DNA of 63,235 nucleotides, counting the filler. It is 4 parts of 4 records of this genome, joined end to end, with 100 filler letters (N's around TTAATTAATTAA, not from the genome) between each part and the next. Parts side by side here need not be neighbours in the genome. Positions count along the whole stretch, not along the records: positions 1 to 5,819 come from SRR31156797_30321; positions 5,920 to 36,411 come from SRR31156797_30324; 2 more parts are not named here. One strand, given 5' to 3'. A program made the position numbers and the translations under genes. Under the pieces are notes generated by a model. That model did no database searches. It worked only from the letters and a program-made list of their open reading frames with translations, and had not been told where the DNA came from. Below, piece by piece: positions 1 to 8,732 of this stretch (position 1 is its first letter; every line of letters begins with the position of its first letter).

Positions 1-49
1 CTCAAAAGCGTACCGGTGCCGATTTCAGGCCTTGGGGATGTCATGGCGC

Positions 50-874
50 TTACCTGAGGGTAACACCGGAAAGGCCTCTGTTGAGGCTTTTTTCAAGCAC
101 ACCGGCATCCATCTGGGCGTAAACGGTATTGAGCATGGCCCTGACTTCTTTGTCGGCCCGGTTATCATGTCCTGCGATGCGTTGGCCGATGATCCTGTAA
201 AAGATTTCAGCCTCTTTTACCTTGACCTCGCAGGCGGCAAGGTCGGTATCCCGCAACTTTTCCACCTTCATGATTTCATAGAGAACGCAAAGGCCGTAAG
301 TGCGGTCAATGATGTCGGTCAGTTCCCGCCGGGCCGTGAGGGGAAGGGTATTGCTGTTTCCGGAGATCTGCTTCAAGGCCTGGTCCGCAGCTTTTTCCAG
401 GGTGGGCCGGGCCTTGTAGAAATCCTTGTCCCTCCGGGTAAAGGTGGGGCGGATGCCTTCAAAAAGCGCGGCTATTTTCTGCCCCGCCTCCGGGCTCTCC
501 CCCAACCGGTCCATCTCGTCCCTGATGTTGAGCACCACCACGTGCTGCAATCCCTTGGCCAGGACCTGCATGTTCACCTTTGGCTTTTCGCCTGCGGCAC
601 ACCGGTCCATTGCCGCCCTGATATCTGCGTCATAGGTGAGCTTGTGCCTGGCATCGGTTTCCCTGACTAGGGGAGCCAGAATCTCATACCTGGCCTTGAT
701 GGTTTCCCAATCAACGTTTTTCTGTTTTCTTAAGTGTTCAATACTCACCTGGGCATCGGCCATCTCTTTGATGCTGTCCGGGCTGATGCCGGCCCAGGAC
801 GGGAGCACCACTCCCAGTATCCATCCCACTGCGATCAGTACACAAATCTTCATTTTCATCCGTTTAAAACCCAT
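50..874 (-). CDS. Secreted helical hypothetical protein, weakly resembling FEA1-like iron-assimilation proteins
   Basis: ORF with AAGGAGAA RBS before ATG 874 and a signal peptide ending ..VLPSWA. Family guess rests only on recalled motifs (FEGIRPT..RRD, EAEIFYRII). Confidence 0.6.
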   Translation of the reverse strand: MGFKRMKMKICVLIAVGWILGVVLPSWAGISPDSIKEMADAQVSIEHLRKQKNVDWETIKARYEILAPLVRETDARHKLTYDADIRAAMDRCAAGEKPKVNMQVLAKGLQHVVVLNIRDEMDRLGESPEAGQKIAALFEGIRPTFTRRDKDFYKARPTLEKAADQALKQISGNSNTLPLTARRELTDIIDRTYGLCVLYEIMKVEKLRDTDLAACEVKVKEAEIFYRIIGQRIAGHDNRADKEVRAMLNTVYAQMDAGVLEKSLNRGLSGVTLR

Positions 875-884
875 GGTCTTCTCC

Positions 885-2936
885 TTATAAATTGAAAACA
901 ATCAGATAATGCCGGTTGATATAGAAAAGGGTCAGGTACACCCCCGCTCCAAAGGTAACAAGCCCTGCAGATATTCCATACAGGACAGTTAAAGTGCTTC
1001 CAGGTATCCGATGCTTAACCTTGCCTGCAAGGACGGTTCCGCCCATGCCGCTCAAGACGGCGGCAGCAGTGAATCCGGCAACCAGGGCAGCCATTTCCCC
1101 TGCGGAAAGAAATTGTTCATGGATGATCCATGCAGCAAGAAAATTGATCCCCCCAAGCAGGACCAGGGCGATCCCTCCCTGCCGGAGGGTTTTCCCGGAA
1201 ATTCCAAAGGGCCTGAGAAAGAGACAGGCCAGTACGGCACAGATCAGCACGGCTGCAAAAACACCGGCCAGACGGACCCTGAGGATATTCCGGGAACATC
1301 GTTTAATCTGGGATGCCAGTGTCTTTGTGAGCCCCGGCTGATGAATTTCTGCATGGGCCAGGGCCGCCGTGTAGGCGGTCCGTGCTGTGGCATATTCCCC
1401 GGCCGAATAATAGATATCACCAATATCCATGGGGACGGATGCCGCCTCCGGAGACGTTGGATACTCCCGGCTGAGCCGCTCAAGAACGGCCACGGACCGG
1501 TTCATATCAAGATCTTTATACTGCATTCCCAGCCAGTGAAGGACCTGGGGCGCGATGACAGCGTTGGGGAAGGTGTCAAAAACGGCTTCCACCTCTTTGA
1601 GTACCTTCTGCAGTTCACCGGGCCGGCTGCGGGTCCCGGGAATCCGGGTCTTTTTAATCCGCTCAAACCGGGCCAGGGGCTGGAAATCAAAATCAGACCT
1701 TGCCTCCAGAAACCTGATCCGCTGCCGGGCCAGGGGCACCAGTCCCGATGCGGGCTCTTCTTTGAGAAGTTTTTTGTACCAGTCCAGGGCCGATGGAAAG
1801 TCAAAGCGCTTTTCATCATGGATCAGGGCCACAGCAAAATAGGCATCGTCGATCTGGAAATGGCCTTTATTGTTTGTGATAAATGTTTTGTAGGCCGCCA
1901 CGGCCGCGTCATAGGCGCCTTGATCCGCCAGTTTCCGGCAATCGTCGCAGGAGATTTTCTCCTTGAGCGGCGGTTCTTTCAGGACAATTTTTTCTTTGGT
2001 ATCAAGCAGTACCGCATGGATGGACTGGGCATTCACATCAATGCGGACCGCCCTGTCATCCCCACTGTCCATGGGCAGCCCCAGGTAGGCCACGCCGTCA
2101 ATCCTCTGGTGGCGGACAGCCGGGGCCGGCACCAGGACAAAGGCAATTTTTCCGCCGGGGTGGATGTTGTTATGGCGGACAATGGCCCGGTGGAGGGCAG
2201 TGCCGTCAAGTTCGTTGTCAATATCGGGCATTTCCATGGCCGCTCTCTTTGGGAGCAGCACTCCCTGCAGGCCGGTGACAGGCTTAAGCCCCAGGCCGGA
2301 CGGCCCGGGTTGCCGGTTCAACACCCACAGCTGAAGCTCTCCCCAGTTCAGGGCCCATGGCGGGACCGGACCGGCGACCCTGTTTTTTTCAAACTGGGGC
2401 CTGTCAACACCAAACACCGGCACATAGGGGCGGACCTGCTGATACGGGTCTTCTGTCTGCCCTGGAACTTTGCCTGTATCTAAGATAAAATCCGGAATTT
2501 CCGACATGACCATGCGGCCGATCTCTTTTTTGCCCCCCTGGGATAGCAGCAGAAAGGAAAACGGGGTATTGGCCTCGGGCTGGGTCTGAAACTGAAATCT
2601 GCGCTCCGGGCTGCCGATCCAATAGGTATACCGGGTGCCGGGCATCAGATTGGGAAGAATCACCTGGTGGCGGAAGGACTTAGACAGGGTTTCAAGGGCG
2701 GTCAAAGGCGTTTCCGGGCCGGCAGCCGGCCGGTAAAAAACCTTTCCCCGGACCGCATCCTCAGTGGTCCAGGCGATAACTGCCTGGCGCCGTTCCACCC
2801 GGACCACCTCAATTCCCCGGGCCTGGGGTGCCGCCGTCTCCCTGCAGCCGGAAAGCCCCACCGCCAGCAAGGCCGCGATAAAGAGAAGTGTTAGTATCCG
2901 CCTTAGGGCGTTTGCTTTTTTCTTTTTGGTGATCAT
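885..2936 (-). CDS. Lipoprotein: FN3/purple acid phosphatase N-domain, degenerate metallophosphoesterase, TPR repeats and about 4 C-terminal TM helices
   Basis: Lipobox LSGC; WTT..HQVILPNLMPGTRYTY FN3 signature; PFSF/PDFILDTG phosphatase scaffold; YbgF/BamD-like TPRs (DDAYF, YPTSPEA); hydrophobic C-terminus. Confidence 0.7.
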   Translation of the reverse strand: MITKKKKANALRRILTLLFIAALLAVGLSGCRETAAPQARGIEVVRVERRQAVIAWTTEDAVRGKVFYRPAAGPETPLTALETLSKSFRHQVILPNLMPGTRYTYWIGSPERRFQFQTQPEANTPFSFLLLSQGGKKEIGRMVMSEIPDFILDTGKVPGQTEDPYQQVRPYVPVFGVDRPQFEKNRVAGPVPPWALNWGELQLWVLNRQPGPSGLGLKPVTGLQGVLLPKRAAMEMPDIDNELDGTALHRAIVRHNNIHPGGKIAFVLVPAPAVRHQRIDGVAYLGLPMDSGDDRAVRIDVNAQSIHAVLLDTKEKIVLKEPPLKEKISCDDCRKLADQGAYDAAVAAYKTFITNNKGHFQIDDAYFAVALIHDEKRFDFPSALDWYKKLLKEEPASGLVPLARQRIRFLEARSDFDFQPLARFERIKKTRIPGTRSRPGELQKVLKEVEAVFDTFPNAVIAPQVLHWLGMQYKDLDMNRSVAVLERLSREYPTSPEAASVPMDIGDIYYSAGEYATARTAYTAALAHAEIHQPGLTKTLASQIKRCSRNILRVRLAGVFAAVLICAVLACLFLRPFGISGKTLRQGGIALVLLGGINFLAAWIIHEQFLSAGEMAALVAGFTAAAVLSGMGGTVLAGKVKHRIPGSTLTVLYGISAGLVTFGAGVYLTLFYINRHYLIVFNL

Positions 2937-3113
2937 TGTGGATAAGCCTGCCAATTTTTCATTTATAATTGCCTGTTACATCCGCCTGGGGTGATTTTAT
3001 CCTTTCAGCAAATTTTAATAGCCAACTACATTAAGGCAGCCTGGTTAGCATTGAATTAGTCTCTCAATAAAATCCTTAAATTTTTAAACAGGCTCCAAGG
3101 GGTAAGGCCAACC

Positions 3114-3168
3114 CTAACAGATATTTCACAATTTTCTATTCAAGACCTAAAACGCCGCTATTACGGGA
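3114..3168 (+). promoter_or_regulatory. 11-bp-phased direct repeats, putative PhoB/PhoP-type (OmpR family) binding array
   Basis: CTAACA(3114), TTCACA(3125), CTATT(3136), CTAAA(3147), CTATT(3158) start exactly 11 bp apart upstream of a phosphatase gene. Confidence 0.45.
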
Positions 3169-3231
3169 CGTGTATGTTCGACTTGGCAGCAGTTTTCAAT
3201 ATTAATTGCAGGGAAAAATTAAGGAGAAGAG

Positions 3232-5819
3232 ATGAAAACATTAAGTAAGTTGGTTCTGACTCTCTGCCTGGTGACGTTTTTAACACCACCGGCATGGTCA
3301 GCTACGTATGAATTTCCGTCAGCACAGGAACTGGACAATATGGAAGAATATGTCAGTGACGGAAACTGGGATGCAGGAAGCTCGGATCTTGAAATCGGAT
3401 ACGAGAAACCTGATGGCACAGATCAAAAACAACAGATAGTTGGGTTAAGGTTTCCCAATGTTGTGATTCCGGAAGGTGAAATTATCATCAACGCCTATAT
3501 CCAGTTCACAACGGATGAAAACAAAAACGACAACCCGTTTTTAGCTACAATATACGGCGAAGCCATTGCTGATGCACCGGTCTTTGAAGAGAAAGCTAAT
3601 TCTGTTTCCTCACGGACGAAAACCATTGACAAGGTGTATTGGAGCAACCCTGCAGAGTGGACAAGCGAAGGAGAACGGGGTGAAGCCCAGCAGACGCCTG
3701 ACCTTTTGCCCATCATTTCAGAGATTACCGACAATGGCTGGACCAACGGCAATGCCATGGTATTTATCATCGAAGCCACAGGGACAAGGACTGCCGTATC
3801 ATATAAGAAGGCGGCGGAATTAGGTATAGGGTATGAAAACTTCGCTCCTACCCTGGTCATCGTGACAGACGTTTCGACGGTGTCTTATCAGCCGCTTGCT
3901 TCCGATGATGATGCAGAAGAAGGGGATGATGGCGCCGGCGTTCTGGACATTGACAGCTCTGACCTTGAAATTACCATGGATCATGAAGATGATCCGAGCA
4001 GGAATCAGACTATTGGTCTAAGGTTCAGGAATGTATCTATCCCCCAGGGCGCACAAGTCCTCAACGCTTATATCCAGTTTAATGTAGATGAAAACGATAA
4101 AAACGTCGATCCTTTTAAAGTCACCATAACAGGTGAAGATAATTCCTTTCCTGAAGAGTTTAAAAATACTGCCTACAACATCTCCGGCAGAGACAGGACC
4201 AGCACCACTGTTAACTGGGAAGATATTCCAGCGTGGACTGTTACACATGCAATGGGCATAGATCAGCGGACTCCCGATCTGACCACCATTGTACAGGAAA
4301 TTGTAGACAGAGAGGACTGGGTGGGTGGAAACAACATGGCACTCATTCTTGAAGGTACAGGTCAGAGATCCGCAGAATCCTTTGACGGTGCAGGAGATAA
4401 TACTGAGCAAAGACCCACTTTGGTTATCAAGTTTGTGGGACAGGAAGAATTGATTGTTCCGTCTGTTGAAAAGGTAAGGGCCATGTGGAATGATGATCCT
4501 GCCACCACCATGGTTGTCGGCTGGAATCAGCTGGATGGGGAAAGCCCTGTTTTAAAATGGGGGCCCACAGACCATGAGCGGAATGCAGGGGCATACCCGA
4601 ATACGCTTGACCCGTACAAAGAAAACACCGTTCTTGACATGCACACCTATTTTGCAAAATTCACCGGCCTGACTCCGGATACCTATTACTATTTTGTAAT
4701 CCAGGACAGCGAAGGCATAAGTGAACGGTTCTATTTCCTGACCGCCCCTGATACAAAACAGCCCTTTACCTGTATTATCGGCGGGGATACCAAAAACTCC
4801 GGTACGGCCTATGCTGCGGCCCAGCTTTCAAACGAGATGGTTTCAAAACTTCGGCCCCTTTTTGTCCAGTTCAACGGTGATTACTGCAGTGATAACGGAA
4901 CAAATCCAAGCTACTGGGATGCCTGGCTGGATAACTGGTCAGAACAGACCACCACCGATGACGGCCGTCTGATTCCCCATATCGCGGTGCACGGCAATCA
5001 TGAAAACGGCAACTATGAAGTGCTTCATCAGCTTTTTGACACCCCTGCAACAAATGGAGACCCCTACGATTACTATGCCCTGACCTTTGCCGATAAGCTT
5101 CTGAAAACATTTGTCTTGAACTCTGAGCTGCAGAACGGAGATACCTGGGCCGCTGCATTTGCCCGTCAGAACAACTGGCTTGCCGCTGAACTGGAAGCCA
5201 GTGCTGATGTGGATTTCCTGGTCTCGGGTTATCACAAACCCTTACGGCCCCACACTTCAGGCAAATCGGAAAATCCGACCCTCATTGCTTCATGGGCAGA
5301 GCTGTTCTACAACTATGGAATGGATATTTCCACGGATGCGGATTCCCATATGTTCAAGTATACATTCCCCCTTGCTCCCTGCAGTGACGATGACCCCGAA
5401 TGTTTTGAGAGTTTCAAAAAGGATGAAGAGTTCGGCACCTTTTACTTTGGCGAAGGCAGCTGGGGGGCAGGACCGAGAGCCAATGATGATGATAAACCCT
5501 GGACCATTTACAGCGGCTCTTTCTACCAGTTCAAGTGGCTGCATGTTTACCCGGCTGCCGGGGAGGAACCGGCCCACATCGATATCCGGACAATTGTTAC
5601 GGCCTCATTGGATGATGAAGGCGCCCTGGTTGATCATGTGGACGGTGTCGGCAATCTTACCGAAGAAAACAAATACACAGCCATTCCGGAAAATATAAAC
5701 ATCCTGGATGTGCCTTTTTTCGGTACGGAAATGAAAATACCCTTTACCCTTAATGACTATGACGCAGCGCTTCCCGAAGCACCGGAGAAGCTGGCAGGTG
5801 TTGAAACCTCTTATACGGA
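3232..5819 (+). CDS. Secreted purple-acid-phosphatase-like metallophosphoesterase with two N-terminal beta-repeat domains and FN3 (3' truncated by contig end)
   Basis: AAGGAGA RBS; signal peptide; duplicated SSDLE..Q..GLRF.NV.IP.G.....AYIQF domain; GLTPDTYYYF FN3; metal motifs GGD, NGD, GNHE, YHKP, DSH. Confidence 0.8.
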
Positions 5820-5919
5820 NNNNNNNNNNNNNNNNNNNNNNNNNNNNNNNNNNNNNNNNNNNNTTAATTAATTAANNNNNNNNNNNNNNNNNNNNNNNNN
5901 NNNNNNNNNNNNNNNNNNN
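5820..5919. other. Artificial contig linker
   Basis: N-run with central TTAATTAATTAA (stops in all six frames). Confidence 0.98.
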
Positions 5920-6030
5920 ATCGACCCCAAAAAGGTTACCCGTATCGCTCTCCAGAACTCCGCTTCCGTGTCCAGCCTCCTGCTGACCACCGAATGCGCC
6001 ATCACTGACGCAGTCGAAGACGAAGAATAG
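5920..6030 (+). CDS. groL: Chaperonin GroEL, 3' end only (absent from the ORF track)
   Basis: Translates [36 protein letters not shown], the GroEL C-terminal IDPxKVTRxALQNAxS..LLTTE motif. Confidence 0.92.
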   Translation: MDPKKVTRIALQNSASVSSLLLTTECAITDAVEDEE

Positions 6031-6052
6031 TTCTGTAGCTACAGATAAATAG

Positions 6053-6088
6053 AAAGGCCCGGAAGCTTATGCTTCCGGGCCTTTTTTT
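6053..6088 (+). terminator. Intrinsic terminator after groL
   Basis: AAAGGCCCGGAAGC-TTAT-GCTTCCGGGCCTTT followed by T-run. Confidence 0.9.
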
Positions 6089-6229
6089 ATGCTAAACTGA
6101 AATTAGTACGGAATGTAACACAAAAGGATATTGTGCCATCCAAAAAAGTTGGCATTGGTGTCCATTGTGGGCACGCATAAAAATGCTCCGATTTGCTAAC
6201 CACCTGAAACATGGGGAAAACAATTTTAG

Positions 6230-6245
6230 CGGCATGAAATATGCT
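6230..6245 (+). promoter_or_regulatory. Putative sigma54 (-24/-12) promoter
   Basis: CGGCATG-AAAT-ATGCT with GG(6231-32)-N10-GC(6243-44); palindrome TGCCA-N11-TGGCA at 6134-6154 upstream. Confidence 0.55.
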
Positions 6246-6286
6246 TTTAATAGATTGTTCATTTCACAATAGTTCAGGAAACTCCC

Positions 6287-6412
6287 ATGACAGATCTTTT
6301 TATAAAAATGTTACAGGCATTTGGTAATGAAGTTGGCATTAAAAGCCTTGAGCCGGATGAAATAAACAGTAAAAACGCAAATACTGAAGAAGGAGCGACA
6401 TCATGGGTATAA
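6287..6412 (+). pseudogene. Probable truncated type III secretion chaperone (CesT/SicP-like N-terminus), 41 aa
   Basis: AGGA RBS; MTDLFIKMLQAFGNEVGIKSLEPDE resembles the class I chaperone start (LL..FG...G...L.PDE); overlaps the start of the next gene. Confidence 0.45.
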
Positions 6413-8550
6413 CAATTAGTAATATTCAACGGCAGGCGCAGGGCGGATATGCCCGTATGAATACAAACACAGGACAAATTGTGTCCGGCCAAAAAGGAAG
6501 ATTCGGACGCGTTGTGGCATGGTTCCGCGCCAAGTTGTCCCCCGGTCAATTCGCTGCCGAAAACTCTTCCGTTATGAATGCCTTTGTGCGGGCCATCGCC
6601 GATGACAGCAAATACGGTCCGGCATTTGCGATCATGGCTGCAAAAGACCTTGCCAATCGCTTCGAACAGCACAAGCCGCTGTCTGACCGGACCATTAATA
6701 GAGTGCTCGATCAGCTGAACACAACTAAGGAACAGAACAACAGCTCGAACCAACTGAAAGCAGAGAGTTTTTCCAGCATTGCAATACGTGATACCCCCAG
6801 CTACTTTTGTACGCTGTGGGCCTATTCCGCAGAGAACTACAACCTGCCCACTGACTCTTCTTCCGTAAATACCAGCCAGCTTTCCGCAAATATTCGTAGC
6901 GCTATTCTGAAAGCAGGCGAAGACGGCAAAAGAATGGTGACCATTGAAGAGGCAAAACAAATAGCGCAGGAGCACATCGGCAAGTTTACGGAAACTCTGG
7001 CCACCGAAATAACACTGGTCAAGTCGTCGGACCTGTCTGATGACTACAAGAAAACCGTGACATCCCTTTTGATGGATGACCCCGAAGTAAAAGAGGGCAG
7101 CGGAGCCAAGTATGCCAACGGACTGCGTATTCGTCAGCTAGAAAACAACGGCGCAGTGAAAGAGATTATTGACACCTCTGCCCGCGAAAAAGGTTTGGGC
7201 GACATACAGGATGTACTTGATACCGGAAAGCTTCAGGACAAGATTACCATGGTGACTTCCGGCGGGAATGAAATTTTGAGCGTGGAGGAAATGCGCGGCA
7301 AAGTGCGTGAACAGGCCGAAGCCTTTATGACGCAAAAAAAGGCCGTGTTGGACCATGTTGATTCCTTGAATCTTGATGCAACAACCACAGCTAACATGCG
7401 GAACATGGTTGCCGGTAGCCCGTTTATTAAATCCAGTCAGCAGGTGGATGTTATTCTGGAAGTATCCCGTGCCTACGCAACCTTCAGTGAGAGTGTTGCG
7501 GGAGGCGAAGACATTGCAGGTGCGTTTACCAAGTTCCAGCAGGCATTCGATGCAGCCTACAATCCGTTGATGAGCGCTGGAATTGGTGCAGATGATGTGG
7601 TGCCGTACATAACTAGCGGCTTACAGATCTGGCTGGATTCGCAGGGAGATAAATCTTTGCCCTCCTTGCGTAGCGCCTACGACGCGTTAACTGGCGAACA
7701 AGGCATGCGCTTTGCCGACAGCCTTGCCTTTATTCGCGATCAACACGGCACCAATCCGCAGGTTAACGGTGTGGCCGTACGCGCGCAGAACCTGCGCTCC
7801 ATGCTGGCTTCCGAACTTTCACAAAAGCTGGACATTGAACCTACTGAGAATGCTATTCATGTAGGACATGGCAACAACATAAACAGCACCAACGATGTTC
7901 CTGATTCTGTGTACACCATGCTGCGAGATCTCGGGGCCGATGTGCCTCTGCCGGACCCTGTCGGGCGATCCAGTGAAGGAGCCTTCGGGGCACGATTCAC
8001 AACAAAATACCTGACAGATCTGAACACTGAATTTGGCAAGGACAGGATTTGGAACGGTTACGTTAGTGATACCATGAAGGCTGACTTCGGACGTGCCACC
8101 TTTACCGTAGGCGATACGCAAATAAGTGAGCCCGGTTCCGCGAAAGAGAGGGCAGTGGAAAACTATACTGCGTTCTTCGGGAATGACGAGGGCGGTGCTA
8201 AAGCTGTCTCTGCTGTAACGCATCAGGGGCTTTTCGCGCCGATACTCGAAGCTATGCCCACAGGACTTGGTCCCATACCAGGTGCCATTGTATTTGAACA
8301 GAACAGCAATAAGTCCGCATACACTATCTCCCGTATGGAGGATGGTGGATATCAGGTGCAGGGGACACTGAACGCCAAGCTTAACTATTTGATTGATGAA
8401 AACGGCATGGTCACGTTTAACCCCGACCAGAGTGAATTTAGCGCAAATATAACCTTTAATATATCACGTGAAAGCATTGATAGCGGCACCCCGCAGGCAG
8501 AGCTTGCCGGCCCAGTAGTATATAGCTACGCTTGTACTCCTCCGGAATAA
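6403..8550 (+). CDS. Hypothetical 715-aa protein, putative type III secreted effector with an SptP-like chaperone-binding domain
   Basis: AAGGAG RBS; no signal peptide; RVVAWF...FVRAI...KYG...KPLSDRTI resembles the SptP SicP-binding motif (FLHAL..KYG...KPLTQR). Confidence 0.55.
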   Translation: MGITISNIQRQAQGGYARMNTNTGQIVSGQKGRFGRVVAWFRAKLSPGQFAAENSSVMNAFVRAIADDSKYGPAFAIMAAKDLANRFEQHKPLSDRTINRVLDQLNTTKEQNNSSNQLKAESFSSIAIRDTPSYFCTLWAYSAENYNLPTDSSSVNTSQLSANIRSAILKAGEDGKRMVTIEEAKQIAQEHIGKFTETLATEITLVKSSDLSDDYKKTVTSLLMDDPEVKEGSGAKYANGLRIRQLENNGAVKEIIDTSAREKGLGDIQDVLDTGKLQDKITMVTSGGNEILSVEEMRGKVREQAEAFMTQKKAVLDHVDSLNLDATTTANMRNMVAGSPFIKSSQQVDVILEVSRAYATFSESVAGGEDIAGAFTKFQQAFDAAYNPLMSAGIGADDVVPYITSGLQIWLDSQGDKSLPSLRSAYDALTGEQGMRFADSLAFIRDQHGTNPQVNGVAVRAQNLRSMLASELSQKLDIEPTENAIHVGHGNNINSTNDVPDSVYTMLRDLGADVPLPDPVGRSSEGAFGARFTTKYLTDLNTEFGKDRIWNGYVSDTMKADFGRATFTVGDTQISEPGSAKERAVENYTAFFGNDEGGAKAVSAVTHQGLFAPILEAMPTGLGPIPGAIVFEQNSNKSAYTISRMEDGGYQVQGTLNAKLNYLIDENGMVTFNPDQSEFSANITFNISRESIDSGTPQAELAGPVVYSYACTPPE

Positions 8551-8675
8551 GGAAATGCTATAACCGAAAGAGATACGGTAAAGGTGCTACTAACCGACTT
8601 GCGGTCTCCAGGTGCGAAAAATGAGCTGCTTCGTGACGGGAAAAACTGTCACCCCGGGCATTCCCCACTGAACAT

Positions 8676-8710
8676 AAAAAAGGCCGCGTTTCCAATGGAA
8701 ACGCGGCCTT
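8676..8710 (-). terminator. Intrinsic terminator after purL
   Basis: AGGCCGCGTTTCCA-A-TGGAAACGCGGCCT with an A-run on the plus strand. Confidence 0.85.
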
Positions 8711-8732
8711 CAATTCTTATTTTACTATCAGG

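Noticed and set aside
1011-2483. 490-aa plus-strand ORF
   Set aside because: Antisense shadow of the TPR lipoprotein gene; no motifs
5864-5875. TTAATTAATTAA palindromes here and at 36456 and 48526
   Set aside because: Identical, embedded in N-runs, and stops in all frames: assembly linkers
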